This document shows positions 37,329 through 47,618 of a stretch of 54,452 bases of DNA, piece after piece. The stretch comes from Chlamydiota bacterium. GTDB lineage: Bacteria > Auribacterota > Tritonobacteria > UBA1439. Below the pieces are notes generated by a model, which saw only the letters and a program-made list of their open reading frames with translations, had not been told where the DNA came from and made no database searches. Made by a program: the position numbers and the translations under genes. Location: assembly GCA_037133055.1 (NCBI GenBank), contig JBAXOY010000004.1, positions 1-54,452 on the forward strand, in the 5' to 3' direction. Every line of letters starts with the position of its first letter. Position 1 is the first letter of the stretch.

Positions 37329-38428
37329 CACGCGCCCCCGTTTTTCTTCGACCCGAAATATTCGAGGATGGCGATCACGGAGACGACCAGCGCGACCTGG
37401 ACGAAGACGACGGTCCCTCCACGCCACCCGACCCGGGGGAGGAAGACCGCCGAGAGCCCCGTGCAGAGCGTCACGAGGTAGACGAAGAGGACCGCCCCGC
37501 GGACGGACATCCCGAGATTGGTGAGGCGGTGGGAGAAATGGCGCCGGTCCGCCCGGAAGATGCTCTGCCCCCGGGAGATCCTGATGACGATGACCGACAG
37601 GGTATCGTAGATCGGCACCGCGAGGATGACGAGCGGCATCGCCACGGCGAGCGAGCCGGTCGCCGAGTGCCGGTACCAGGTCTGCATCACGCTCATCACG
37701 GCGATGAAGTAGCCGATGAACATGCTCCCCGCGTCCCCCATGAAAATCCCCGCGGGGTTGAAGTTATACCGGAGGAACCCCAGGAGGCTCCCGGCGAGGA
37801 CCGCGAAGAGGGACGCGATAAAGTAGTTGCCGCTCAAGGCGGAGATCCCCCCCATCAGGGCGGAGACGATGCACGCCACCCCCGCGCAGAGCCCGTCCAT
37901 GTTGTCGAGAAGGTTGAACGAGTTGGTGATGACCACGACCCAGGCGACGGTGACGAGCGCGCTGAAGAGGTAGGACGGGACGAAGAGGGTGATCCGCACA
38001 TCGAGGGCGACGAGTCCGACCGCCATGAGAAGTTGCCCGAGGAGCTTCACGCGGGGCGAGAGCTCCACGGCGTCGTCCCAGAGCCCGATGAGAAATATGA
38101 CGAGCCCCCCGAGGAGTATCACCGCGAGCTTCGGCAGGACCGCGAGCGCGCCGGAGAGGTACGGGGAAAGCCCGGCGGGGACCAACGCGGCCAGCGGCCC
38201 GCCGCGCGCGGCGAGGAAGGCGAGCGCCGAGTTGAGCAGGATCGTGAGTGCGACCGCGGCGAAGATGGCGGCCCCGCCGAGGAGGGGCGTCGCCCCCCGA
38301 TGGGCCTTCCGCTCGCCAGGGACGTCCAGCATGCCGGTGAGGACCGCGGCGCGCCGCGCGAGCGGGGTGAGGAGCAGGCTCAGGGCGAGCGAAAGCGCGA
38401 ACAGGTATGCATAGACAAGGCCCCACAT
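37328..38428 (-). CDS. wecA: Undecaprenyl-phosphate GlcNAc-1-phosphate transferase (WecA/MraY family)
   Basis: TP.LGG, GLWDD, NSFNLLDNMDGL, FMGDAGS, D..HF.H. Confidence 0.9.
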   Translation of the reverse strand: MWGLVYAYLFALSLALSLLLTPLARRAAVLTGMLDVPGERKAHRGATPLLGGAAIFAAVALTILLNSALAFLAARGGPLAALVPAGLSPYLSGALAVLPKLAVILLGGLVIFLIGLWDDAVELSPRVKLLGQLLMAVGLVALDVRITLFVPSYLFSALVTVAWVVVITNSFNLLDNMDGLCAGVACIVSALMGGISALSGNYFIASLFAVLAGSLLGFLRYNFNPAGIFMGDAGSMFIGYFIAVMSVMQTWYRHSATGSLAVAMPLVILAVPIYDTLSVIVIRISRGQSIFRADRRHFSHRLTNLGMSVRGAVLFVYLVTLCTGLSAVFLPRVGWRGGTVVFVQVALVVSVIAILEYFGSKKNGGA

Positions 38429-38578
38429 AACTGTACCCCGTTTCTTCTGCTGATTACTACTGATCTTGTCCTAATCTAGCGCGAGTGAGTGAATAAGAGA
38501 GCTGAAATGGCTGCTGAGAATTAGATCGTTCTTGTGAGCACTATCTTCCGTACGCCCCATGGTGGTCACTATCTGCTA

Positions 38579-39400
38579 TTACACCGGATTTTTTTGAAAA
38601 GCAATGCCTATATTGCGGCCAAAGTATTTCACCAGGCTCGGCACGAAGAGAATGTCAAGACCACGCATGAGGATCTTTAGGATTTTTAGCCATCCCCGAT
38701 GAAACTTGTTCAGCGGATTGACGACTGCAAGGCAGACATTCACCAATTCAACGAAGATATAGTCACCCGATATCTGAATCTGTCGTACCGGATGTAACGC
38801 CCCGAGTGCTGCCAATTCTTTGTTGCTGAAAGGCTTTTCGAATCCGAAAGGCCACCTATTTTTCTTTTCAAGAATATATTTCCGCAAGATGAAAAACGGA
38901 TTCCGTGCATTGGGAACAATCACTGCAATACACCCGTTGTCCGTCGTAAGGCGACACATCTCCTCGAAGGATTGTTGTCTCAATGCACCATCAAAATGCT
39001 CAATAACGCCCTCATTCCAAACCAAATCGAACGACTTATCCGAAAAAGGTGCGTGAAAAAGATCTGCGTTTATCGTGGTTACTTTCCCTTGGAGTCCGTA
39101 TTTTATAGCGGTAGCGCGTACTATGGTAAGAGCCTTATTACTGAAATCCACAAAGGTAGCGCTTTTTACCATATCCGCATGCGTAGCAGTAAACGCCAGA
39201 GTGCAGGAGCCTGTTCCGCAACCAAGCTCAAGGAGCTTCAATGGGCCCCTTTCCCGATAAAGCGCTTCAAGACGCTTGCCCGCCAAATGAGAAAAAAGCT
39301 TATAGTACGTCGTTGTCTGGACGGAATTGATGTCCGTTCCGGCATAGTTATCCCAATATTTTTCCCAGATATGAGGATGGGCTCTTGTTAGATTCTCCAT
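38579..39400 (-). CDS. Class I SAM-dependent methyltransferase (AT-rich)
   Basis: LELGCGTG, VDFS, FDLVWNEGVIEH, VPN. Confidence 0.9.
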   Translation of the reverse strand: MENLTRAHPHIWEKYWDNYAGTDINSVQTTTYYKLFSHLAGKRLEALYRERGPLKLLELGCGTGSCTLAFTATHADMVKSATFVDFSNKALTIVRATAIKYGLQGKVTTINADLFHAPFSDKSFDLVWNEGVIEHFDGALRQQSFEEMCRLTTDNGCIAVIVPNARNPFFILRKYILEKKNRWPFGFEKPFSNKELAALGALHPVRQIQISGDYIFVELVNVCLAVVNPLNKFHRGWLKILKILMRGLDILFVPSLVKYFGRNIGIAFQKNPV

Positions 39401-39407
39401 TGGAGCA

Positions 39408-40526
39408 TCATATCCGCTTCTCAATGATACGCCGTATCCGCGCCGCCGCCCGGCCGTCGCCGTACGGGTTCATGCCCTTCGCCATCGCGCGGTACGCGCG
39501 CGGCGAGGAGACAAGCCTCATCGTCTCGCGCACGATTGTCCCGCGCTCCCTGCCCACGAGCCGCGCAACCCCCAGCGCCACTCCCTCCGGCCGCTCGGTC
39601 TCGTCGCGCATCACGAGGACCGGTTTCCCCAGCGAAGGCGCCTCCTCCTGAATGCCGCCTGAGTCGGTGAGGATGAGGAAGCACCGCGTCATCAGATAGA
39701 CGAGCTCGCCGTAGTTCACCGGTGGGAGTAGGCGTATGCCGGCCCGCCCGGCGAGTATCTTCCCGGCGGCCCCCCGCACACGAGGATTCAGGTGCACGGG
39801 GTAGACGATCTCGACGTCGGGTGCCGCCCTGACAATATCGACAAAGGCCCGGCACATCTCCCCGAGCGGGCGCCCCCAGCTCTCCCGCCGGTGCGCGGTG
39901 ACCAGGATAACCTTCTTCGTGAAATCTATCTTCCCGAGGCGCGGATACCGCGCGGTGATGAGCGTCCGCGCCCAGAGCAACGCGTCGATCCCCGTGTTCC
40001 CGGTCACAAAGATTCCTCCGGGGATTATCCCCTCCCGGAGAAGGTTGTCCCTCGCCACGGCTGTCGGCGCAAAATGGAGGTCGGCGACGTTCGCGATGAG
40101 GCGTCGGTTCATCTCCTCGGGGAACGGGTAATACCGGTCGCCCGTCCTCAGGCCCGCCTCCACGTGGGCGACCGGGATTTTCTTGTAAAACGCGGCGAGG
40201 GCGACGAGGAACGCCGTGGTCGTGTCGCCCTGGACGACCACCCGGCAGGGGCGCACCCGGTCGAGCAGGGCACCGATCGCGCGTGTGACCGCCGAAGTAA
40301 GGTATTCGAGGTCCTGCCGCGGCCGCATCACCCCGAGGTCGAAATCGACGCGGAGCCCGAAGAACTCACGGACCTGGTCGGCCATCGCACGGTGCTGGCC
40401 GGTCGAACAGACGAGGCACCGCAGTGTTCCGGACGCCTTGAGGGCCCGGATAACCGGTGCGAGCTTTATCGCCTCGGGCCTCGTCCCGAACACCACGAGC
40501 ACCGCCTGCTTCCGTTTTCTTCCCAT
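39408..40526 (-). CDS. wecB: UDP-N-acetylglucosamine 2-epimerase (non-hydrolysing)
   Basis: FGTRPEAIK, TGQH, QGDTTT, HVEAGLR, TDSGGIQEEAP, NPYGDG. Confidence 0.96.
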   Translation of the reverse strand: MGRKRKQAVLVVFGTRPEAIKLAPVIRALKASGTLRCLVCSTGQHRAMADQVREFFGLRVDFDLGVMRPRQDLEYLTSAVTRAIGALLDRVRPCRVVVQGDTTTAFLVALAAFYKKIPVAHVEAGLRTGDRYYPFPEEMNRRLIANVADLHFAPTAVARDNLLREGIIPGGIFVTGNTGIDALLWARTLITARYPRLGKIDFTKKVILVTAHRRESWGRPLGEMCRAFVDIVRAAPDVEIVYPVHLNPRVRGAAGKILAGRAGIRLLPPVNYGELVYLMTRCFLILTDSGGIQEEAPSLGKPVLVMRDETERPEGVALGVARLVGRERGTIVRETMRLVSSPRAYRAMAKGMNPYGDGRAAARIRRIIEKRI

Positions 40527-40576
40527 CGGCTCCCGACTCCGGTTACACAGTACACTACCCCAGCCCCCCGCTCCTG

Positions 40577-41341
40577 TCAACGCGGGCCATTTTCCACCGT
40601 GAAGTACAGCCGATACCTGTCGCATGCCGGCCGCACCGCCCACGGAACGATCCGCGCCGCGCCCCGGAGCGCCCACGGGACGTACCAGTCGCGCCTCGCG
40701 AAACGCCACCCCCCCTCCTCCACCGCGCGCCTCCACTCCCCCGGCTCCTGTTTCGTGGCGTACTCGACCTCTCCCCCGAGGATGCCCATCCGGTGCAGGC
40801 GTGCCCGGAGCCCGGAGCGCCGCACGTCGGAAATCACCATCACTCCTCCCGCGGCCGCACGCCCGTGCAACGCCCGAAAGAGCGCGACCGCTTCCTCGTA
40901 TTCTCCGGAGCGGCGGAGCGGCCGCCGCGTGACGAAGATGTGGTGCAGCACGTCGCTCATGAGGATCAGGCCCCACCGCCTCGCGTCTCGCTCAAGGAAA
41001 TCCACGACAGTCGAACGTTTCACCTCGAAGCGGTCCGCGAGGCCGAGAGAGGCGATGAGGCCGCGGAGTTCCGCAAAATCCTCGTCCCCGTTCCCGTCCG
41101 CCTCGTTGAACGGGTCCACCCCCGTCGCCCTGCCGATTCTTCCTTCCAGCAGATCGAGGAGCACATCGTGCCCGTGCCCCACGCCCACGCAGAGGACGGA
41201 TTCGCGCAATTCCCGGGGGACGGGGGCGAGAAGCGATTCGGAGGCGTACCGCAGCCGGGCAAGGTCAACCGAGAGCCCGCGCCCTGCCGCCCGCCGGGCG
41301 ATATGCTCCCCGAGCTCCGTCACCCGCGGATCATCCGACAT
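40577..41341 (-). CDS. Class I SAM-dependent methyltransferase-like protein
   Basis: VLCVGVGHG (variant motif I), GVD, LILMSDVLHH, GGVMVISD. Confidence 0.72.
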   Translation of the reverse strand: MSDDPRVTELGEHIARRAAGRGLSVDLARLRYASESLLAPVPRELRESVLCVGVGHGHDVLLDLLEGRIGRATGVDPFNEADGNGDEDFAELRGLIASLGLADRFEVKRSTVVDFLERDARRWGLILMSDVLHHIFVTRRPLRRSGEYEEAVALFRALHGRAAAGGVMVISDVRRSGLRARLHRMGILGGEVEYATKQEPGEWRRAVEEGGWRFARRDWYVPWALRGAARIVPWAVRPACDRYRLYFTVENGPR

Positions 41342-42578
41342 GCGGATCCCCTGCAACCAGTCCGCGGTACACCTCCGCATAGCGCTCTGCCCCGGAATCC
41401 CACGACAGGCGTTCCCGCGCGTATACGGCGCAACGGCCCGGGAGGTCCTCGCGCACCATCCGCTCGCGCAAAGATCCGAGCGGCTCCATCCCCTCCTCGA
41501 GAGACTCCTCGCTCGTGTCTAGCAGGACGACGCCGAGCTTTTCATCCCCGACGATCCGGGCGACATCGCGCACCGCAGCCGTCGTCACCACGGGCAGGCC
41601 GCAGGCGAGGTACTCGGAGAACTTGGCGGGGAACGCGACCCTGTTCACGGGCGATTCCCCCCGCACGAGAACGCCGCAGTCCGCCGCGGAGAGCCACCCG
41701 GGCATCCGGTCGTGCGGCGCGTCGGCGAGCGTGTACGATCCCGCGACGAGGCCCATGGCGACGAGCTCCCTTTCGATCATCGGGTGATATGCCTTCGCGG
41801 AGAGGATGAGCGGGTGGGCGTCCGGGAACGAGCGGACGATTCGCGCGAGGACCCTGACCGTCTCGACGGCCGGGTTCCACGCGAGAAAATTCCCCGCGTA
41901 GACGGCGACGAACTTCCCTTCGAGCCCGTGCTGGCGCCTCGTCTCCTCCCGCGCTTCGGGGTCCCGCGCAAATATCCGCGTATCGGCGCAGCAGGGGACC
42001 ACCGTCACCGGCGGTGCCGCGGGCCCGAGCTCGCTCCGGAGCTCATCGCGGTGCGCCTCCGAGACGCATATCAGATGGTCGGCATTGAGCGCGCATCTGC
42101 GCTCCATGCGTTTCAGCGCGGCGTACCGGGCGTCGCCCCGGCGGCAGCGGCCGTTCATCACCGCCTCCTCGGGCGCGGACCCGTGGTAGTCGAACACCAG
42201 TTTGACGCCGAGCGCGGCCTTCAGCCGCGCGTCGATGCGCGGGCAGAACATGCTGTGGATATGGAGGATGTCGGGCCGCTCTCCCTGCGCGACGAACCTG
42301 AGCGCCCGGGTCACCAGGCGGCCATCCATCGCCCGGCCGAACGGCATCCTTTCGGGGAGGAGCCAGTTCCCGTAGACGGGCGCGGGGCTCGCGGCGGCGT
42401 AGCGGCTCAGGTCGCGGCGCCGATCTCCCCTCGCGAACACCCTGAAGAGGGCCTCGTTCGCGAGCAGGGCGCACCCGCCCGCGAGGCGGTTGACGTATTC
42501 GAACGAGGTGAGGGCGCGCGACCGGTATCCGCCGAACGATTTTGCGAACGCCCCGCCGGTGATGAACAGGATTTTCAT
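41331..42578 (-). CDS. Glycosyltransferase family 4
   Basis: KILFI, D.HG, ICVSE, P.KF.EYLACGLPVV. Confidence 0.9.
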   Translation of the reverse strand: MKILFITGGAFAKSFGGYRSRALTSFEYVNRLAGGCALLANEALFRVFARGDRRRDLSRYAAASPAPVYGNWLLPERMPFGRAMDGRLVTRALRFVAQGERPDILHIHSMFCPRIDARLKAALGVKLVFDYHGSAPEEAVMNGRCRRGDARYAALKRMERRCALNADHLICVSEAHRDELRSELGPAAPPVTVVPCCADTRIFARDPEAREETRRQHGLEGKFVAVYAGNFLAWNPAVETVRVLARIVRSFPDAHPLILSAKAYHPMIERELVAMGLVAGSYTLADAPHDRMPGWLSAADCGVLVRGESPVNRVAFPAKFSEYLACGLPVVTTAAVRDVARIVGDEKLGVVLLDTSEESLEEGMEPLGSLRERMVREDLPGRCAVYARERLSWDSGAERYAEVYRGLVAGDPHVG

Positions 42579-43384
42579 TTCGGTGAGATTTCCATCACGA
42601 GCTCATCCCCCGCGGCGGGAGACCCCGATCCGCCGCGCAGGGCAAAGAGCGGGTACAGGATGAACGGCAGCATGGACGCCGGGTTGAGCCCCAGTATAAG
42701 CGTGAACGCGAGCCACGTCTCGAAGATCGCGGACGCGGCCCTTCCCGGCGCGTAGCGCGTCCCCACGACCCTGAATCCAGCGCCTTCGACGAGCGCGGCG
42801 ATCGAGGCGGGCGCGTAGTATCCTTTCCCCCTGACCCCGAATCCGACGCCGAGCCTGTCCCTCAACTCTTCGCGCGTCGCCGGGAATCGCAGCCGGCGGA
42901 CGAAAAAAGCGTGGAGCCGTCCCGGGCTCTCGCAGAGCCGGTCCAGGTACAGGTAGCCGACGGGCACGGAGAGCACCGCCCTCCCCTCCGGCGCGAGCAC
43001 CCTCCGCACCTCCGCGAGGATGGCGCGATCGTCGGGGAGCATCTGGAGAACGCTCGAGAGAAGGACCCTGTCGAACGAGCCGTTCCTGAATGGGAGCCGC
43101 GCCCCGTCGCACGCGAGGAGAACACAGTTCTCCGGCAGGCCGCGAAGCGCGGCGCGGTCGATCCGCAGGTCCGCGCCCGCCGCGAACCGGCACCGCCGCG
43201 CAATCTCTCGCGTGAGCCAGCCGCTGCCGCAGCCCAGATCGAGCGCCGCGCGCCCGGGGGCGAGGTCCAGCATCCGCATGAGCACCGGGGCCTGGAGGCG
43301 CCGCATGAAATTCGGCTGCCCCGCGATGCGACAGGCGAGATCCTTGATCTGCCCCCCGCGGGGGATGTACCCGAACCCGGCCAT
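42575..43384 (-). CDS. Class I SAM-dependent methyltransferase (type 11)
   Basis: LDLGCGSG, LPFRNGSFD, EVRRVL.PEG. Start 43384 or 43420. Confidence 0.9.
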   Translation of the reverse strand: MAGFGYIPRGGQIKDLACRIAGQPNFMRRLQAPVLMRMLDLAPGRAALDLGCGSGWLTREIARRCRFAAGADLRIDRAALRGLPENCVLLACDGARLPFRNGSFDRVLLSSVLQMLPDDRAILAEVRRVLAPEGRAVLSVPVGYLYLDRLCESPGRLHAFFVRRLRFPATREELRDRLGVGFGVRGKGYYAPASIAALVEGAGFRVVGTRYAPGRAASAIFETWLAFTLILGLNPASMLPFILYPLFALRGGSGSPAAGDELVMEISPK

Positions 43385-43400
43385 GTACCCTCCCCATGGA

Positions 43401-44768
43401 CTAGGAATCCGCGGAAACACGCCTCAGCCCATTCGCCGCGTACATGCAGAGAACCGGCATGAGGGGGACCCTGAATCTCGGTCCGGCCTCAGGCCTAGCG
43501 GAAAGAAGCACCAAATACACCACGATCCCCAAGCACAATAGATGCGCGAAGAATCTCCCCCGATCGCGCAAACGAATGCCCGCCACCGTCCTCAGCGAGC
43601 CGGCGTAGAGGAGAAGGAGATACGCCGCCGATGCAATAAACGCTGTAAAAACCGCGGGTATGCCCACGGCCCATTTCATCAGATACCGGCGCGCCGGAAG
43701 CCTCGCCATATCCCCCAAGCACCCCTCCTTGTCCGGCGCAACGCCGAGGCATTGAAGGAGTTCATACTCCCCCGGCACAAAAAGTATCTTGCCCGCGCCC
43801 CTCAGGGCACTTCTCAGGAAGAGAAGGGGGTGCTTCTTCACGATCGCGGCCCCCGCGACCCCATGCGCGCTGAGCGTTTCCGCCAGCGACCTGCGCCCGT
43901 CATCCGGGATCAGCTCTTCGATCCTCCTGCCCGCCTCTTCAAACGAAATTCGCTCCCGCATGGAGATGATATCCGCGGCCCTATACCTCAGCAGGCTCTC
44001 ATTTGCGATAAAGCAATACTCCGCCCTACCCGTCACGCGGAAATTCCTGAGCTGCCAACCGCCGATGAGCGCGAGCCACGGCGCGAACAGGAGCAGGCAC
44101 GACACAAGCCCTCTTTTCCATCCGCGGCCCTTCGCTATTTCGAAAAGACAGAGCCATGCCAACACCGGGAAGACAAGCCAATAGGCGATGGGTCGGACAA
44201 GGGTAGAGAGAGAGGCTCCGATGCACAGGGCGTAAATCCACGAGCCTCGCGGGCGGACCGCTAGATGCAGCCCCACGCACGCCGATAGGGTCATTAGACA
44301 GGTAAAGAGCGTCTCGGTAAGGAAGAGCTCCGAGTAGGAAAGGGAGACCGGATCCAGCGCAAGCAGGAGGACCGCAGACGCAGCCGTTGCGCGGCCCCAA
44401 AGACGTGCGGCCATCACATACATCATAACGGCGGTAACGATGCTGAGCAGGATCTGCGCAATGATAACCGAGGCATGCCTCTCGCCAAAAATCAAATAGA
44501 TCGCGGCAATAAACGCGGGATACCCCGGCGTACGGAGAATCTGAGGCTCGTCAGGCCTTTCGGGGCTCACCGAAAATATTCCCAAGCGCGCGATCGACCT
44601 TGCGCTTTGATCATAGCTCGATGAATCAAGTCTCATGACCGTTGAGGGACATGTCCGGTGAATATGCCAACAAAGGGCCAGTTTCAGCAAAAGTGAGATC
44701 GCGAGAATGACGCAGACAAAGGCGCATCCAGCCCGATCCGGAATCTTTTTCAGCAAGACCGGCGTCAT
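43401..44768 (-). CDS. GT-C (ArnT/PMT-like) membrane glycosyltransferase
   Basis: D...Y...A, RTPGYP, LTETLF, LVRP, RFRVP; multi-TM. Confidence 0.82.
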   Translation of the reverse strand: MTPVLLKKIPDRAGCAFVCVILAISLLLKLALCWHIHRTCPSTVMRLDSSSYDQSARSIARLGIFSVSPERPDEPQILRTPGYPAFIAAIYLIFGERHASVIIAQILLSIVTAVMMYVMAARLWGRATAASAVLLLALDPVSLSYSELFLTETLFTCLMTLSACVGLHLAVRPRGSWIYALCIGASLSTLVRPIAYWLVFPVLAWLCLFEIAKGRGWKRGLVSCLLLFAPWLALIGGWQLRNFRVTGRAEYCFIANESLLRYRAADIISMRERISFEEAGRRIEELIPDDGRRSLAETLSAHGVAGAAIVKKHPLLFLRSALRGAGKILFVPGEYELLQCLGVAPDKEGCLGDMARLPARRYLMKWAVGIPAVFTAFIASAAYLLLLYAGSLRTVAGIRLRDRGRFFAHLLCLGIVVYLVLLSARPEAGPRFRVPLMPVLCMYAANGLRRVSADS

Positions 44769-45043
44769 GATTTCATCCCCATACCCGCTTCGCGGCCCAC
44801 CGACGGACGCCCTCCAGGGCAGCGCATCCCCGCGTGGCCGGGATTCTCCGCGCTCCGCACGATCGTGACGGTGGGGAATCTCGCCCGGACCTCCCCGGCC
44901 GTCCCGTCGGTCGAGGCGTTGTCCACCAGGACCGTCCCGAAGTTTCCGTAGCCGGTCTTCGCCACCGACCCCAGGCACTCGAGGACGTCGTCCCTCCCGT
45001 TCCATGCGAGGACGATGACGATCACCCGCGGCTCCCGTTCCAC
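44765..45043 (-). pseudogene. Truncated GT2 glycosyltransferase
   Basis: VIVLAWN, CL.S, VDNASTDGT, EN.G.AG, then similarity is lost; 92 aa. Confidence 0.85.
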
Positions 45044-45064
45044 ACCCTCTCTCCCCCCCCTGCG

Positions 45065-46501
45065 TCAGGCCTCGCGGCGGATCACCCTCTTCAGATAACC
45101 CCAGTCGGCCGCCGTCACCAGGCCCGAGGCCGCCACGGCCCCACAGTGGAAGACGAGGTACGCCGGCAGGACGGCGTACCACGGCGCCCAGCCGGCCTGC
45201 GCGCACGCGATCGCGCCGCAGGAGACCGCGAGTGCCGGAAGGCAGCGGAGTGCCGTCCCCCTCGCGGCGACGCGGACGACGCGCGCGCGCAGGTAGAGAG
45301 AGAGTACCACGAACGTCACGAGCTCGCCCAGGAGCGTCGCAAATGCGGCCCCCCGAGCCCCATACTGGGGGATGAGCAGCCAGTTCGCCGCGACCATGAC
45401 GCAGGCGGTGACGGCAATTGCCTTTACCGCGAATACGTAATGGTCGGCGGCGATGAGGACATTCCCGAACAGATAGGTGTACACGATCAGTATCGACGCC
45501 CAGGCGAGGATCGCGAGGAGCGGGGCGGCGGGGGCGTACTGCGGGCCGAAGACAACCGCGACGATCGCCCCGGAGGAGAGGGTGAGGCCCGTCGCCACGG
45601 CGAGGAAGACCACGAGCACGGACGTGCGCATCGCCGCGAAAAGGGCGGAGAACCGGTCCGGGGACGAGGCGTGGAGCTCGGAGAGAACGGGGAGGAGGGC
45701 CTGCATCGTCATGAGGCCGAACATCGTGAGCGTGTCGATCACCCGGTACGCCGCCGTGTACCATCCCACCTCACCCGGGCCGCGCATCAGCATGAGCATG
45801 AAAACATCGACCTTGTAGTAGATGATGGCAAAGAGCGCCCAGAGCATCAGCGGATACGATTTCCTCGCGAGTTGCCCGACGAGCGCGGGACGGGGATTCC
45901 ACTCCACGCGTGCGATCCTCGCGCGGCAGAGGAGATGCGCGTGGAGGGCCTTCATGATCTCCGCGCCGGTGAAGATGCAGAAGAGCGCCGTGAGGCGCAG
46001 TCCCATGAGGAGCGCCGCGATGCTCGCGATCACCCGCGCGCCGGCCCAGGCCATTTCGACGAGGGCCGTGTACTCCATCTTTTCGAACGCCCTGAAGGCC
46101 GCGTCGTACGAGGTGAATATCGCGGTGGGGATGAGAGAGACGCAAGCGATAAGGAGCGGGACCCGCATCCCCGCGAGTCCTCCCGCGAAGTACGCCACGG
46201 AGAGGCTCAGGGCGACGGCGGCGGCCCCGGTGAGGATGTTGAGGATGAGCGCGTTGCAGAGATAGAAACCCGCCTTCTGCTTTTCCCGGGAGATCTCCCG
46301 CACGAGAAAGTCCCGCGTGCCGAATCCCGCCACCGGGAGGAAATACGCGATGAAAACGAGGATGAACGAATAGGTGCCGAACCCGGCCTCGCCGAGTCTC
46401 CGCGCCGCGCAGATCACGAGCGCGATGGATACCGCCGTGGTGACGATGCGGGCGAGAACGAGGAAAAAGGTATTCCTGGCCACCCTCCGGACGATGCTCA
46501 T
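45065..46501 (-). CDS. wzx: Wzx-type oligosaccharide flippase
   Basis: VARNT, R.LG...FG.YS, Y.KVD..ML, VG.Y.AAYR, LIP.YGA.GAA.AT; many TM segments. Confidence 0.9.
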   Translation of the reverse strand: MSIVRRVARNTFFLVLARIVTTAVSIALVICAARRLGEAGFGTYSFILVFIAYFLPVAGFGTRDFLVREISREKQKAGFYLCNALILNILTGAAAVALSLSVAYFAGGLAGMRVPLLIACVSLIPTAIFTSYDAAFRAFEKMEYTALVEMAWAGARVIASIAALLMGLRLTALFCIFTGAEIMKALHAHLLCRARIARVEWNPRPALVGQLARKSYPLMLWALFAIIYYKVDVFMLMLMRGPGEVGWYTAAYRVIDTLTMFGLMTMQALLPVLSELHASSPDRFSALFAAMRTSVLVVFLAVATGLTLSSGAIVAVVFGPQYAPAAPLLAILAWASILIVYTYLFGNVLIAADHYVFAVKAIAVTACVMVAANWLLIPQYGARGAAFATLLGELVTFVVLSLYLRARVVRVAARGTALRCLPALAVSCGAIACAQAGWAPWYAVLPAYLVFHCGAVAASGLVTAADWGYLKRVIRREA

Positions 46502-47439
46502 TCTCCCGCGCCTTTCTGCGGCCCGCGCGCGTCCCCGCTCCCGCTCAGGAGATCCACGTACCGCGCGAGCAGGAGGTCGTCCGCCCGCTCCCGCGCGTAG
46601 TCGAGGAAGCGCGCGAAGTCCCCAAAGCGCATCACGTCGATCGGGTCGAAGTAAAGGTTGACGTACGAGTTCGTGTCGACGGCGGTGTCGATCAGGAACC
46701 TGAACATCGCGAAGAACTCGTCCTCGCACCCCCGCGCGCCCGGGGCGCGGAAGTAGCGCCAGGTCTCGAAGACCTGGAACGGCTCCCGCGGATAGAAGCT
46801 GAGCGGGAACTCCACGAGGCCCACCCGCGGCCGGTACGGCGCCCCGAACGCCGGCGTCCGAACGGCGGGGCGGGACGAGGAGTACCGGTACCCGACCCGC
46901 TCCAGGATCTCGTCCACGCCGTCCGTGTGGGCGTTCCCGAAATGCGGCGTCCGGAATCCAAGCGGCTCGTAGTGCAGCAGCCGCGCGCACGTCTCGTGGC
47001 ACGCGAGGATCTCCTCCTCCTGCTCGCGCGAGGAGAGCTGGTTGAATCTCCTGCCCGGGTGGAGGATCGCGCTGCTCGGGTGCGTGTGGGAGTGGTTCAG
47101 TATCTCGTGCCCCTCCGCGAGGATCCGGCGGTGAAGGTCGGGCTCGCGCTCGATCCACTTCCCCACGCAGGCGAAACAGGTCTTCATGCCCCGGTCGCGC
47201 AGGAGGTCGAGGAGCCGCGGCGCCGCCGCAAGGTCCTCCGGGAGGTCACAGTCCCAGGAGAGCGTCAGGCAGGCGCGCTTCCCGTCCCACGATCGAAGGC
47301 CGCGGTTGTTGCCGTAGAACAGCCGCGTAAAAAAAAGCGGTGCGCCCGCAGTGACGGCCTTCCGGAGCGCCCTCGTCGCGGCCGCGCGCGGGCGTTCGCG
47401 GTCCATCGCGCCTATTTTCCGTATGACTGCCCCGAACAT
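46498..47439 (-). CDS. Polysaccharide deacetylase (CE4/NodB-like)
   Basis: LTLSWD.D, GHEI.NHSHTH, GFRTP, YRYSSS. Confidence 0.9.
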   Translation of the reverse strand: MFGAVIRKIGAMDRERPRAAATRALRKAVTAGAPLFFTRLFYGNNRGLRSWDGKRACLTLSWDCDLPEDLAAAPRLLDLLRDRGMKTCFACVGKWIEREPDLHRRILAEGHEILNHSHTHPSSAILHPGRRFNQLSSREQEEEILACHETCARLLHYEPLGFRTPHFGNAHTDGVDEILERVGYRYSSSRPAVRTPAFGAPYRPRVGLVEFPLSFYPREPFQVFETWRYFRAPGARGCEDEFFAMFRFLIDTAVDTNSYVNLYFDPIDVMRFGDFARFLDYARERADDLLLARYVDLLSGSGDARGPQKGAGE

Positions 47440-47618
47440 GCCTCGCCTCCGCCCCGGTCCTGCCCGTCCGCGTGCGCGCGGCGGGCATCCCTCAAAAGAA
47501 CTGTTCGTCTTTCGGCTTCATCCAACGCGCGTACGGGTTAATGCCGATGCGCGCGACATCGCTTTCGGCGCCGCGCCTTGCATACGGCCATCCGGCGTGT
47601 GACCCGCGGCGAGGTACA

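Noticed and set aside
43401-47158. 787-aa and 697-aa ORFs as multidomain proteins
   Set aside because: Their N-terminal halves are Arg/Pro-rich off-frame readings of neighbouring genes; true starts are 44768 and 46501.
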